Both the position numbers and the translations under genes were made by a program. The notes under the pieces are model-generated. The model had not been told where the DNA came from. It made no database searches and saw only the letters and a program-made list of their open reading frames with translations. A DNA stretch of 63,586 bases, filler included, from Choristocarpus tenellus KU-1152 (Eukaryota; Protista; Phaeophyceae): NCBI GenBank assembly GCA_964200185.2. It is 9 parts of 9 records of this genome, joined end to end, with 100 filler letters (N's around TTAATTAATTAA, not from the genome) between each part and the next. Parts side by side here need not be neighbours in the genome. Positions count along the whole stretch, not along the records: positions 42,280 to 57,845 come from CAXNAD020000974.1; positions 57,946 to 63,586 come from CAXNAD020010159.1; 7 more parts are not named here. One strand, given 5' to 3'. The number at the start of each line of letters is the position of its first letter. Within the stretch, counting starts at the first letter, position 1. Of this stretch, positions 52,671 through 63,586 are shown in pieces.

Positions 52671-54213
52671 ATGACGAAGAAGGAGTTGAAGAATACCCCC
52701 CCATCCGGTTTTACGGGGCGAACGAGACTGATGGCTCGAGTACTTGGGGATGGAGTGGCTGCTGCCCTCGCTTCGCTCTTCGTCAGTCCTTTTATATCTG
52801 TAGTAGATCGTGCCATCATCACTAGTGCCAGCGGCGGGATGTCAATGTCAGCGACTGTAGCTCAAGGTTTGGTCTGCATATATCGGCAACCAAAGGTCTT
52901 CTTGACTAGACCTGACTTCCTATGCACGTTCGGATTGTACGCTGCCACATGTGAGTTTAACCTGATAAAAAACAAACTCCTAGGGATAGAAAAACGACGC
53001 AGGTTGGTGGTAAGTGAAAGCAGGATATCCTGATCTACAGATGCAGGAGAGGGGAAATCAGGAGGTAGAAATCAATACTGACCACGCGATTGCAAATCGA
53101 CGCTCAGCTTCTTACTGCTATCCAACAAGGATCCTCTGATATCTTTCTTATTTGTTTACACCTTGAGTTGTTCTTGACACATATCCACAAGGTATAACTG
53201 TAGTGGTGCCTTTCCTTGATATCACAGTGGCATGGCCATCCCACCCACATCCCTTGTCCACACCGTAAAATTCTTCTTATGGCACTTTACTTCGCATGGT
53301 GTGACAGACCTAGCTGCGAATGTGATCTCAACTTTGGCATGTGAGGCCAATATGCCAGACCTCTGGCCAAAATTCTTCGGGACAACAGCTGTAAATATGC
53401 CAGGTTCAATTGCCAAGGATCAGGCGCTGACAAAGATGTTTGGCTCCCTTTCTGGGGCGGGGCAGGTACCCTGTGCAAGTTTTGCCCTTTTCACTGCTCG
53501 TGATATGGCCACCATGGCTGCTGCATTTACCCTACCCACACCTATGTCTGACGAGGTAAGTGTGTATGGCAGATACAGACACCCTTGGCTCCTGCTTGGC
53601 ATGTAGAGAACAGAAGTCTTGTCCATTCACAGTGCAACCTCCATTACCTGTGCTGTGGCCAAGCATTCCAGAGCGGTGGTGTCTGTTTATGGTAAGTCTG
53701 GATTTTGTAGTTGAGGTGATAACATCATGCAGGTCTCTTCGGAACAGGCCAGTAAATCCTTACGTTCTCTCTTATCCTTTTTCGGTGGTGTCTATTTATG
53801 GTAAGTCTGGATTTTGTAGTTGAGGTGATACCATCATGCAGGTTTCTTCGTAACAGACCAGTAAATCCTTATGTTCTCTCTTGTCCTTTTTTTGATGACA
53901 ACCCATTGTCCAGATGCAAAAGAGGTTCAATGTGGATGCAGGGTTTGCAGACGGCATGTCACAGATGCTTAGCCCAGGTCTTATCCAGGTATTCTCCACC
54001 CCAGTACACATCCTGGGCCTTGACCTCTACAACCACCCCAGTGCGTCACCTCTTTCTAGACTACAGGTGATAAAACAAGCATTTGCCCCAGCAATGGTGC
54101 TGCGTGTGAGTCGCATTGGTGCTGCATTTGGTATTGGTGGTCTCAGCAATACTAGCATAAGGAAGCACCTCCATGGTTTAGTACCACCTCCAACCCAGGC
54201 AATCACAGCCTGA
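52671..54213 (+). CDS. Uncharacterised multi-pass membrane protein, complete; exons 52671 (or 52581/52731)-52950, 53308-53555, 53914-54213
   Basis: In-frame joins (AAT-Y-LAAN; SDE-MQK); hydrophobic helices with SPFISVVDRAI, FTARD...AAAFTLP, STPVHILGLDLYN, AFGIGG..N motifs. Confidence 0.85.
53675..53892 (+). repeat. Intronic tandem duplication, two copies, 109-bp period
   Basis: ATGGTAAGTCTGGATTTTGTAGTTGAGGTGATA at 53689 and 53798. Confidence 0.9.
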
Positions 54214-56120
54214 TAATACTCTTTAATATGTGTATCTATGCCATCTTCTCATAGCCTGGAAGCTTAGGGTTGGGATGGCATTCACATCAACTGTGAGACT
54301 CTGATGCCTTGTCTCCTGGAACCTAGGGCTTGTCGATTTTTTGTTGGAAAGTGAATCTGCATTGACATGCGTGTATACATGTGTGGGTGACTTTGATGGA
54401 TCAAAGGATTTTCCTGTGCATTTATAATGTGGCATGTGTGAATGTGCATATGATAATATATTTTTTTGTGCAGACTTCAATTGAAAGGGGTGTTTTGTTT
54501 TGTGTATCCGACTTAGGGTACGGCGTGTTAAGGTTGAGACATTTTGAGAGATTTTAGCCTAGCTGGGAAAAACATCCTCTGCTGGTGGTGGCTATTTCTT
54601 TCTGCGTGTGCAAGTTCCATCCTGGATGTCGATTTGTGTGTCCCTTTCGGCCCTGTTGTCCATAAGTTGGAGAGTGTGTTTTGTGTCCGATGTTGGATGG
54701 TGGTGAGGCCACATCACCTGTGGGATGACAGTTAACAACCTAGCCCCTTCTCCTGAGGGATTTTTGCCTTGTGCACCCTACGGAGGGCAGAAGAGTTTCT
54801 GTTGTTAGGGGAGTCTGTCAATCTATTCCCTCACCTAAAGATAACTTGTAAATAGATTAGTGTCCTGCGTTAGGGTTAATTTGGTATAGTTTGAGTAAAG
54901 AGAAGTGCATGCATACCTTTGGGGTTGAAGTGTGACATAAAAGGAAATGTTCATATGTGTAAGAGTTGGAGGTAATGGGTTCTCAATGGAAACAAAACAG
55001 CTGTGGGGCAGAGGAGCTATCAAAATATAGCACTGGTATCTATAAGCTTTTGGTCAGTTAGAGTCAAGTGTGTTTCATGTCTAAATAGAGGAGAGGCATG
55101 AGAGATAAAGGGGTTCAAAGATTAGCACTTTTGGTTAGGAAGAGGTTGTGTTGATTGTTTTTGGGGTTGGTTACTAAAGTTTGGCATTCACATGCTTTGA
55201 TTTGAGTACATCCCAGGAGTACCTCCCACCCCCCCACTCCTTTGTACAGGGGTAGTGTTGTGTCAGTGGAGATAGTGTTGATTTGTTTCATTAGGGGGGA
55301 GGGCAGGGAGGGGGAAGGGGGCAACGGCCCCTTTCCTCCATTAATGGCCAGACCTTTCATGTATGAATCAATGTACTAAGATTCCCAGTCATCAGCCCCA
55401 CCCATTACATGATTCTAACTAGGGAGTTTTAGTTACTGTGTGTGACCTTCTGATTCCAGTCTTGAAGGCATCAGTTTTGTTCATGACTAGTGATGGCTTT
55501 GTGAGGGTGGGTTGTGTGTAGTAAGTGGGTTTGATCAAAGACATCTTTTTGCAGTGAGTTGTTGATTGAGAGAGCAATAGGGTGAAAGGAAACTTCCAAA
55601 AAGGAAATCAAGAAAAAAAATTGTCTTTTGATGTTTTCGAACCAACATTTCGACAAGGCTCCAAGTCTCTTCAGTGGTACTGTTATTTGTCACTTCAACC
55701 TACGGGCAGTCCCAGCCAATGGTCAGAAGCTCCACTCACTACATCTCTTCTCAATCTGCCAAAGGTTTGCACCTTGGGCTCACTTACCCCATCGCTCATC
55801 CTCTGCCTCCTCCCTCCAATCTTGTGCTCGACTCACCTTGGTATTGGTCGGCAATGAACTTTTGGCTCCTCTTTTCTAGGTTTTGTCTTTTTTTTCTGGC
55901 ATACCAATATATTGGGATAATACATGTCTATGATATATATTTATATTGTTTGTTGCATTGATTTAAGGCCATCAAAGAACATACTTACTCCCCTGAGTAG
56001 AAGTTTTGGCATCCAGCAGGTTCACATTTGCAAATCTGCATTTTTCTGTACAGGAGCGTAATGCATTGGATTATATCGTTCATTACCCACGAAAGTAGTG
56101 TACAGAGAGTATGTAAGATC

Positions 56121-56324
56121 GTTATAATTTTTAATATTACCTATGCCGAGTGAGCATAGTGTTTTTATGTTAATATTGATATTAGTAGTTTTTCCGGCTT
56201 CTGTGTTGCTATACTCATAAAGTGATTGTTTTACGGATAAGCCGGTCTCTATGCCTTCTGCTATTATTGTAATATCTGATGTCTTGTTATTTTCTCTAGT
56301 TTGTTGATCCGATTTAATAATTCT
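56121..56324 (-). pseudogene. Bacterial Toprim-domain fragment resembling Rickettsiales conjugative TraA C-terminus
   Basis: Hand translation: DITIIAEGIETGLSVKQSLYEYSNTEAGKTTNININIKTLCSLGIGNIKNYN; AEG.ET.LS Toprim motif; no start codon, so absent from the ORF track; lies in an AT-rich island. Confidence 0.7.
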
Positions 56325-57671
56325 CTATTATCATCTGCAAGTTTTTTGCACTCATCTATAAGGTAANNNNNNNNNNAGTATTTTGAGTTGCAAGATTTCT
56401 ATACCTATTTATAAGAGAAGTATTCTCGCTTGAAAGTGTTCTATTTCGATAGTAAGTTTAAATAGTTTTGTATGATCAATATATTTAGAGGAATTAGATA
56501 TAAGGGCATTACCTAAAAATTATATGTTTTGTGATTGCTTATAAGTGAATTATTCACTAGAATATTTTCAAAAGATTGAAAATGGGAAGATGATGAAAAA
56601 ATCCCCTAATAATAAAAAACAAAATAATTATGTGCTAATGGCGTGTATAGTTTCCATTCGTTTTTATTGGGTTCGTAGTATCTAAGTTGGAACTCTCGGT
56701 TGTAAGGGGCTTCTTTATCTATGGTGTCACGTACTACCAGGAAAAAAAATTCAGACCAAAACATACTTTTCATCATGACAAAAGCTCGATACAGGTTGAA
56801 AGATTTGAAACGGATAGCGTGTTTCTTTATATTCCCCCCATGATAACATCACGGCATCTTCTACAAAGTGGCGGTGGGCACAGTAATGTGTATTAATTGA
56901 CTCAGCCTTCTCCAGCGTTTTCAATAGAAGCATTTTCACAAGCTGGCCAATGACTTATTATAATCCGGAAAATTCGAAATTTCTTATTTTCTGCTGTCTC
57001 AGATATTGGCAGTCGGCAGGGTGGTAGAACGCTATGCGTTTACCTCGGTAAATATCTTACATTTAATAGTGCAATTCTTAAAGATGAGAATTTCTTGGCG
57101 TATTGAACAGTGTAGTTGCAGCTTTTTATTATTTGAAAGTAATAAAATATGTGTTGCGTATTTTATGGATGCTGATACTAGTTTTATTGAACATCAAAAA
57201 CAAAAATACACACATTGACAATAGTTTTTCTTAGTTGTACTGCTAGACTTCTAATTTAATACTCCAGAGTATTTCCCCCCAAAAACTGAACACACACAAA
57301 CAATACAGTGTCAGAACCAGCCTGTCTTCAAATTTTCTTCTAGGTGAAGGTGCTCGTACATTTCTCTTTTTTCACTTGGAAGATACTAACTACTTGTTTT
57401 GATTGCTTATCTTGATCAAAATATCCCCTTCCGTTCTCAATGACGCCATGTATGTTAAATCTTTTGACACAGGATAAGCTGAATATATTCCGCCAGAGAG
57501 CAAAAAGATGAAGCTAGTATCGGCAGTTGATGCTAGGTAGTAGATAAGTGAAACAATAATGTCAAGTGTTCCATAGAAGTTAGACTTGAGAGCATTATTG
57601 GTTTCTCTAGTATTTGAGACTTTTCAACAGAATTCAAAAAAAATCCTACATGCATTCGTAAAAAAGCCAAA

Positions 57672-57845
57672 GGCTCAAAGTATCTGGGGGTGGGGTAGCA
57701 GCTGTCTATTTGGTAATCATTTTTCCATGTCGCGAATTCTTGTGTTTTGGTGATTTGGTTGTATATGTCGGATGGATAATGTGTGTTCACTTCTCCTGGT
57801 CAGAGCCAAATGGATACCCTGGTGTAGACCCCCCCTTCCCCCCCC
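57672..57845 (+). mobile_element. MITE family A copy, cut at the contig end
   Basis: GGCTCAAAGTATCTGGGGG ... GGTGTAGACCCCCC matches 4008-4192. Confidence 0.85.
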
Positions 57846-58251
57846 NNNNNNNNNNNNNNNNNNNNNNNNNNNNNNNNNNNNNNNNNNNNTTAATTAATTA
57901 ANNNNNNNNNNNNNNNNNNNNNNNNNNNNNNNNNNNNNNNNNNNNGGCACTTGTGGATTGTGTAGAAGGCGGACCCGGTGTATTTGAAGGCATCTTGAAG
58001 AGGTTTCCCGCGGCACAAAGCTACCAGCAACGTACTGTACTGCTGTGTGGTCATGACTCAGGAAGAAAGGCACTTTTCGCGAGAAATTTTTACGTGCGCG
58101 CCAAGCTCGCGTGAATATCTCCCCGGGTTTGTACCAAGTCGCCCGAATACGAGAATTCCGGTACAAAGCCTATTTTTTTGAGTATGTCGAAAAAATAGTA
58201 CAAAAATGGGTTTGGTACATAATATTTGGTATAAAATCGGGGTAGGTACTG

Positions 58252-58322
58252 TATATAGTTTTCATTGGTTTCCCCCCTGACACATCTGCAAAATGTCAGA
58301 GGGCATAATAATATAAATATAT
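58252..58322 (+). mobile_element. Solo 3' tail of the CRE-like element
   Basis: ATAGTTTTCATTGGTTTCCCCCCTGACACATCTGCAAAATGTCAGAGGGCATAATAAT, nearly identical to the reverse complement of 11030-11085. Confidence 0.88.
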
Positions 58323-58668
58323 TGTATTGTAGATACGATACGGTATTACCTCACAAAGCAATTGTTGTTGTACCATACCATAGCAGGTCTGGTCAACTTG
58401 TGGGAAGTCTAAACATGGCGGGACGCCTTCTACCGGAATATTCTTCTGTGGTTGGTGCATGGGTTCTCGAGAAGTCCAGGTTGATTTCCTCCGTTTTGAA
58501 AATCAGGAAATTCCATTGAAGTCAATTGCCGTATTTCGCTCAGGTAGCTTGTGTGGACAAATACTAAGGGGACAAAGCGTAGTCCACCACGATCAAGCCC
58601 TCATCCTCATATGTCTCAACTGAATGAAATCTTACTATTAAACTTGCTATTTCGCTGGTGTTGAACAG

Positions 58669-61040
58669 GTCGGAGACAATGGAAGGATACTTGAGGTGCA
58701 TGCTTGTCGCGGACCTTGCCATCGAAGCTCAGGTATATCCTGTTTCTTGTGCTTGCTGGGAACTGAAGAATGAGTTCTATGTGTGGAAGGGTCAGCGCCC
58801 AAGGTATCTCTTCTTTGTAGTGAAACATTGTGAAATCGATGTCATTTCCTACTTTTTCCTTACGCTGCTCCACCTTGCAGTTGAAAGCGGAACAAGACCA
58901 TGAGAGCCGCAACGTTATAGCAATAGAGGGAACGAAATTCTCTATCCACAAGCGAACGAAGATTAACCACTTCACTGAAATGTGAGAACTGCACAATAGT
59001 ACTGCAACGTGGTAAGAGATAAGTGAGACTTATTCAAAGTCAGAGTAACTTGTGCTCTTCAACCTTCAATTTATTGTAGGGTAATCGTAGATTTCCACAA
59101 TGCTAATGTTGTTCAAATATAATTCAAGCACAGGATCCCTTGTTAGCATCTTGTTAGTTGGCAAGGGTCCCTAGTTTCATGTTATACTGCTCACTTATTT
59201 CTTCTATGGATAGTACCTTGTAGGCAATATGCCCGGTCCGCTTCCAACCCACACCAATTATGGTCGACGTAACTATTATTACTCGGTGTTCTTTTGAAGG
59301 TACTGGTGACGATGCTCCTTTGATCACAGCGTACGCTACGGCATAGCTTACCAGTCAAAACTAATACCTGTCAATTTAAGATTTGAACTGGGCAAGGAAA
59401 AGGTGACTCAATCACGCAGTGGGACAAAGAGGTGTACAGTGTGCTTACGGGACAAGGGCCGAATGGATAGTCTAGTTGTGACTACGTCCATGCCCACTGC
59501 ACAGGGTCAGTTGCATCTGGTGGAAACTCGACAATTGCTCGACAAAGGACATATGCTGGCGCAGGTTAGAACACTTCAATCATTACATTTCTGTAGCTTT
59601 TTTTTTTCGAAATGAGGCCAAGCAGAAACGAAATATATATATTTTTGTCTTGTTTTGCATGTTCAAAGTCTACCATCATGTCTCTACCTCCAATTCCTAC
59701 CACATACTATTTGGTGAATTTTTATGGAGTTGCTTCCTGTACACCTCATGTGAGAGCATTTGGTTCCTCTAACAACTTTACCGATGTGATGCTGTTGGTT
59801 TGTCTTCCCCATCAAGGTTTATTGCTATTTCTGAGTACGCAAGATGTGGCTCTATTGTTGTGTCTCCTGCAGGTTGTGTTGCGTTTTAAGATGCGTAAAC
59901 AGCTCAAGTGTTTACTTGGCGGTTGTTCTTCCTAGCAAGTTGACACTTGAGTGTGCTTTATTACCCAAGAATGGTGTTAATTCCTCTCTTGTCACCCTGC
60001 TAACCCTAACCCTACTAAACCCTAGCCTAGGGTTCTAACCCTACTTTGTATTTTCTCTCCGTCCTCTTCCTGCACCATAACTGTATGCCCTTGTTCAGGA
60101 ACTGCATGTTAGTAACCTCACCACTGGTGGCAAGTGTGTGACCAAACGCACCTGGGTCCGTGTACCTGTAACACCCTTAGACCAGGAGAGTGTCTTGGAG
60201 GAGATGAGTGTGCAACCATAGCTCACCAGTGCCTCATTGTGGTGGGAATTCAGTGCTATCAATGGTCTTCTTTTTTACTCCTCTGTGACAATCAATCCTC
60301 TAGCAATTTTTACAGCGCTGTGTTGACTCAGGTTTTTGTGAGTCACTGCAACATGATTTCTATAACATAACTCTTACACAATTCCATCTTCTATCAGAGC
60401 ATAGAGATCATATGTAGGGGGGGCAATAACATGCTGAGTTGTTGAAGGGGAACATATGTAGGTATGTTAGTCTGACTTGAAGAGAAACCTGACCCCTGAA
60501 CAGGAGGGTCAATTTTTTTTACAGGTCTCAAACTGATGCTGGAGAAGTAACTCTTTGACCTTCTCTGTCGACTATATCTTGTTTGTTTTGTTGTGTGTTT
60601 GTCCTCATGCTTGATGAAGGTGGGAGGGTTGCACGCATATTTGATGTTTTTGTTTATAGTGCAATGGATTAGAGACAGATCCACATCGGTTTGATATTTC
60701 GCAGTTATTGTACACCTGTGCTATCCTGTTTGGTGCTGTACCACAAGAGTGTTGTACCAAGATTGTACTGGGGAATGTTGAAGTGGGTCCAGGACAAGAT
60801 TTGAGGGAGGAGGAGGAGCAATACGTAGGGTTAGGGGTAGATGAACCGAATGCTTTGAGAAGGTGCAAGTGGAGGAAATACAGTACAATTTGTTGTAGTT
60901 CAACAGTTGGTTAAAGTAGTGTTGTAGATAGTATGAGTATTACGATGTGTGGTTCCTCTGACTAAGTGTTGGAATATTCCCCAGGCTAGATGAAGACAAT
61001 GGATATTACTAATTTTGTTGTACTCTCCACAGCATGTATA
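58669..61040 (+). CDS. Probable many-small-exon gene, product unknown
   Basis: Consecutive in-frame AG/GT blocks: MEGYLRCMLVADLAIEAQ | LKAEQDHESRNVIAIEGTKFS...; VRYGIAYQSKLIP...GKEK | GQLHLVETRQLLDKGHMLAQ; later exons uncertain. Confidence 0.5.
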
Positions 61041-61585
61041 ATTAGATTATAATTGCTTGGATGCAAATTGCCAACAGAAATGTAATTCAGAATTGATTGT
61101 GATTGATTGTGAGTTGATATTGTGAATCTGCACCCCATGCTTGAGTGAGAGATGTGGCATCATTCAATTGTGTGATTGGGCTGTCCAGAGAGCTCTAGAA
61201 GAGCCAGCGCATCTGTGGGAGAAGATTCCTTCAGAATTTCCATGGGGTCATTATTTACCTGTGGTGAAAATGTCGGCGGAGCAGATAATACACAACCTCT
61301 CAATCTAACTATATATGCAAAGGAGAAATTATAACTCAACTAACACAACATGCAATACTGGAAGGGTTGAAATCAACAGAACACCACACAGAGATGAAGA
61401 GAATTGAAGATGTGATACCTTTTCTCAGGTGATGCAAAATGAGAAAAAAGAGAGTACTCTTGACAAGAAGTAGTGATATGATCCTAACCCTAAATTTCAT
61501 CACGATACTGGCAGTAATATCATTAATATGCACTTGGGGTTAGGGCACTTGTTGGTAAGAGCAATATAATAAAAAAAAACATTTC

Positions 61586-63486
61586 CTACAAAATCTTGCC
61601 CTGAAATCCCCAACTTGGCAGATTCTCTGCTTGTGTATAGTTTTCTTTTTTTGTCTCTACATCATTTTGCAAAAGCTTCAGGCACTTGGGTCTGATTTGT
61701 GTAAGCACATGATTTGTTTCAGCAGGTTCTCAGACAACATGTATTCCAAATTAATTGTGAATCTTGTGACTACCATCTCATTATTTTGTTACCATTACAG
61801 GTTAGGCAGCCACACAGCCCTAACACACTTAGGGAGATGCTATCCCCACTCAATGATTACACATTGCCTTTTGAGGAGGGGTGATAGGGATAGGTGAAGC
61901 CTTTCAGTCAGGAGTACAACCAAGGTCAATTTCTCACATGTTTGGGGAAGGTGTATTTTCTTTTTCCGTGTCTATTGTAGGCCTTGAGGACTGCTCCAGC
62001 ATTCTCGAAAGGTCTCTTGTTCGAGCACAGTTTGTTGATCACGTATTGATTCCTTGCTGTCACCTCCTCACCAAAATACCTTGAAAGAACACACAAGTTT
62101 CGCTGAACAATTCGCAAAGAAATCTCTACAGAACAAACCCTAACCCTAAGGTGCATCATATATAGGGTGCTGTGAAGTGGATTAGCCAGCAACAGAATCA
62201 CTTTTGTGACTGCCTCCCTCTGTACATAGAGTTTTGCCTGATCTCACCTGGCAAGTTGTGGATCTTCCAGTTGTCGTATTCTAACAAACTCTGCCCTTTC
62301 CTTCCGTTTCAACTCCTCCATCTCCTTTACAACCCGTTGCTGGTAAACTCCTTGCACCTGTGGTCAAAATACCCCCCTCAATTAAGTATTTGCACACACA
62401 TGATTGAGTCCACCTTTGGTTTGTGCTGTAAATGACTCAATTGTGGGGAGTATGTAAGGATCCATTTACATCAGGTATCACATTAGTATACAGTGCTCCT
62501 GTCTGCCAATACACTGGTTGCTGGTCTGCCACATTGCATATGGTTTCACCTTTAGAGGTAAAGTGGTGATGCAGCTGAAAGAGATCATCATCTTCTCAAA
62601 CCAATCAATTTTTGAAACTTAGTGGTCAGATTTTTTTAGTTCGGGTTAGGGAGGAAGCATAGGACTCCAAAATACAGTGAGTAGTCGATATTTTAGACAA
62701 ATCAGGGATTGCTCTTAACTAAAGCATTATGAATAGGTTGGTGGGTTGGTATTGCGGAAATATATATATAGAGAGATGAATATATCACTGACAGTTCAAG
62801 CCAAAGCCATCATGCTGCTGTCATTTTCTCTCACAGTTGCAATGTAGAATCGACTAGACCCTGAACAACCTTGTTTATGTCCCTATGTGTCAGAAACAAT
62901 CTCAAATAGCATTCTTATCACCCCTTACGCAGCTGGGTCGACTACTTTATAGTTGCAATTGCTGTACATGCTACGGCTAGCAACTTTAGGGCACACAATG
63001 GTCACATGGATGAACAAAAAGAGGTTCAAAATTTGAAACACAGAACAACACCTTCACACACTGGAAATTTCAACCAACGCCGAAGCTCGTTTCATTCTCA
63101 CAAAAAAAAAATGAGATGTGTGTGCAATACTGAACTGCCTAGTTTACCCACTACTTTGTACAGAAATTACTATTCTCAATCTGGCTTCCTACTGGGTCTC
63201 ACAGAACATTCTACTACTATGAAATATTGTATGACCTACTTGGGGCATATTATGACCCCAGTCAAATATATGCTTGAGTAGAAGCATAAATGCAGGAGGG
63301 TGGTGCACCCTTTGTTCCTTTCCAGTGAACATGAACATCCTAGGACGTTTTAAATTCACCTGCTGGTTCATGAGGACTGAAACAGCATCATCCCCATAAG
63401 CGCTCTCATAAAACGCTTTCATTTTATTTCCTCCTGCAAGTTTGGGCTCAGTGTATCCCACAAGTCGAGCTGTCATTTCCTGTTTC
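61586..63486 (-). CDS. 3' part of an unknown spliced gene; exons 63486-63360, 62357-62248, 62079-61938, probable last exon about 61684-61586
   Basis: Three successive junctions keep frame (LMNQQ-VQGVYQQRVVKEMEELKRKERAEF...LAR-YFGEEV...FPKH-CLKLLQ...KIL*). Confidence 0.7.
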
Positions 63487-63586
63487 CTGTAGGTGTTGCA
63501 GGGTGCTGAGAGATAATTCATGCACACGTGCATTCCACCTTTTTGTGTAGGGGGGGGGGGAGTTGTCCTGGATACTCCTAATTGAA

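Overview
Eukaryotic, intron-rich nuclear DNA, most consistent with a brown alga or related photosynthetic stramenopile (inferred from gene content, GT-AG intron style and TTAGGG tracts; not verified). The window is not one locus. It is nine contigs joined by eight artificial 100-nt linkers (N44-TTAATTAATTAA-N44), so adjacency across linkers is meaningless and several genes are truncated. Spliced genes that can be rebuilt by hand: 3' end of a Deg/HtrA protease, NUFIP1-like, Prune-like exopolyphosphatase, FANCL, MMS19, a cyanobacterial-type UvrC, an R3H-SUZ protein, SNW1/SKIP, a complete gamma-carbonic anhydrase, a complete uncharacterised membrane protein and several unknowns. Mobile DNA: a stacked cluster of CRE-like (RLE) non-LTR retrotransposons with a conserved 3' stem-loop, a decayed DIRS-like tyrosine recombinase, two related MITE families with 3-bp TSDs and a tRNA-derived SINE-like element. 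Best leads: (1) an AT-rich island at about 56-57.7 kb with a fragment resembling the Toprim domain of Rickettsiales TraA, joined to host DNA on both outer sides; (2) an intron-containing UvrC with an N-terminal extension, hinting at bacterial-type excision repair in an organelle; (3) CRE elements apparently inserting next to their own tails; (4) a 53-bp tandem repeat that multiplies an exon end and its 5' splice site. All homology calls come from motif recognition, not database searches.
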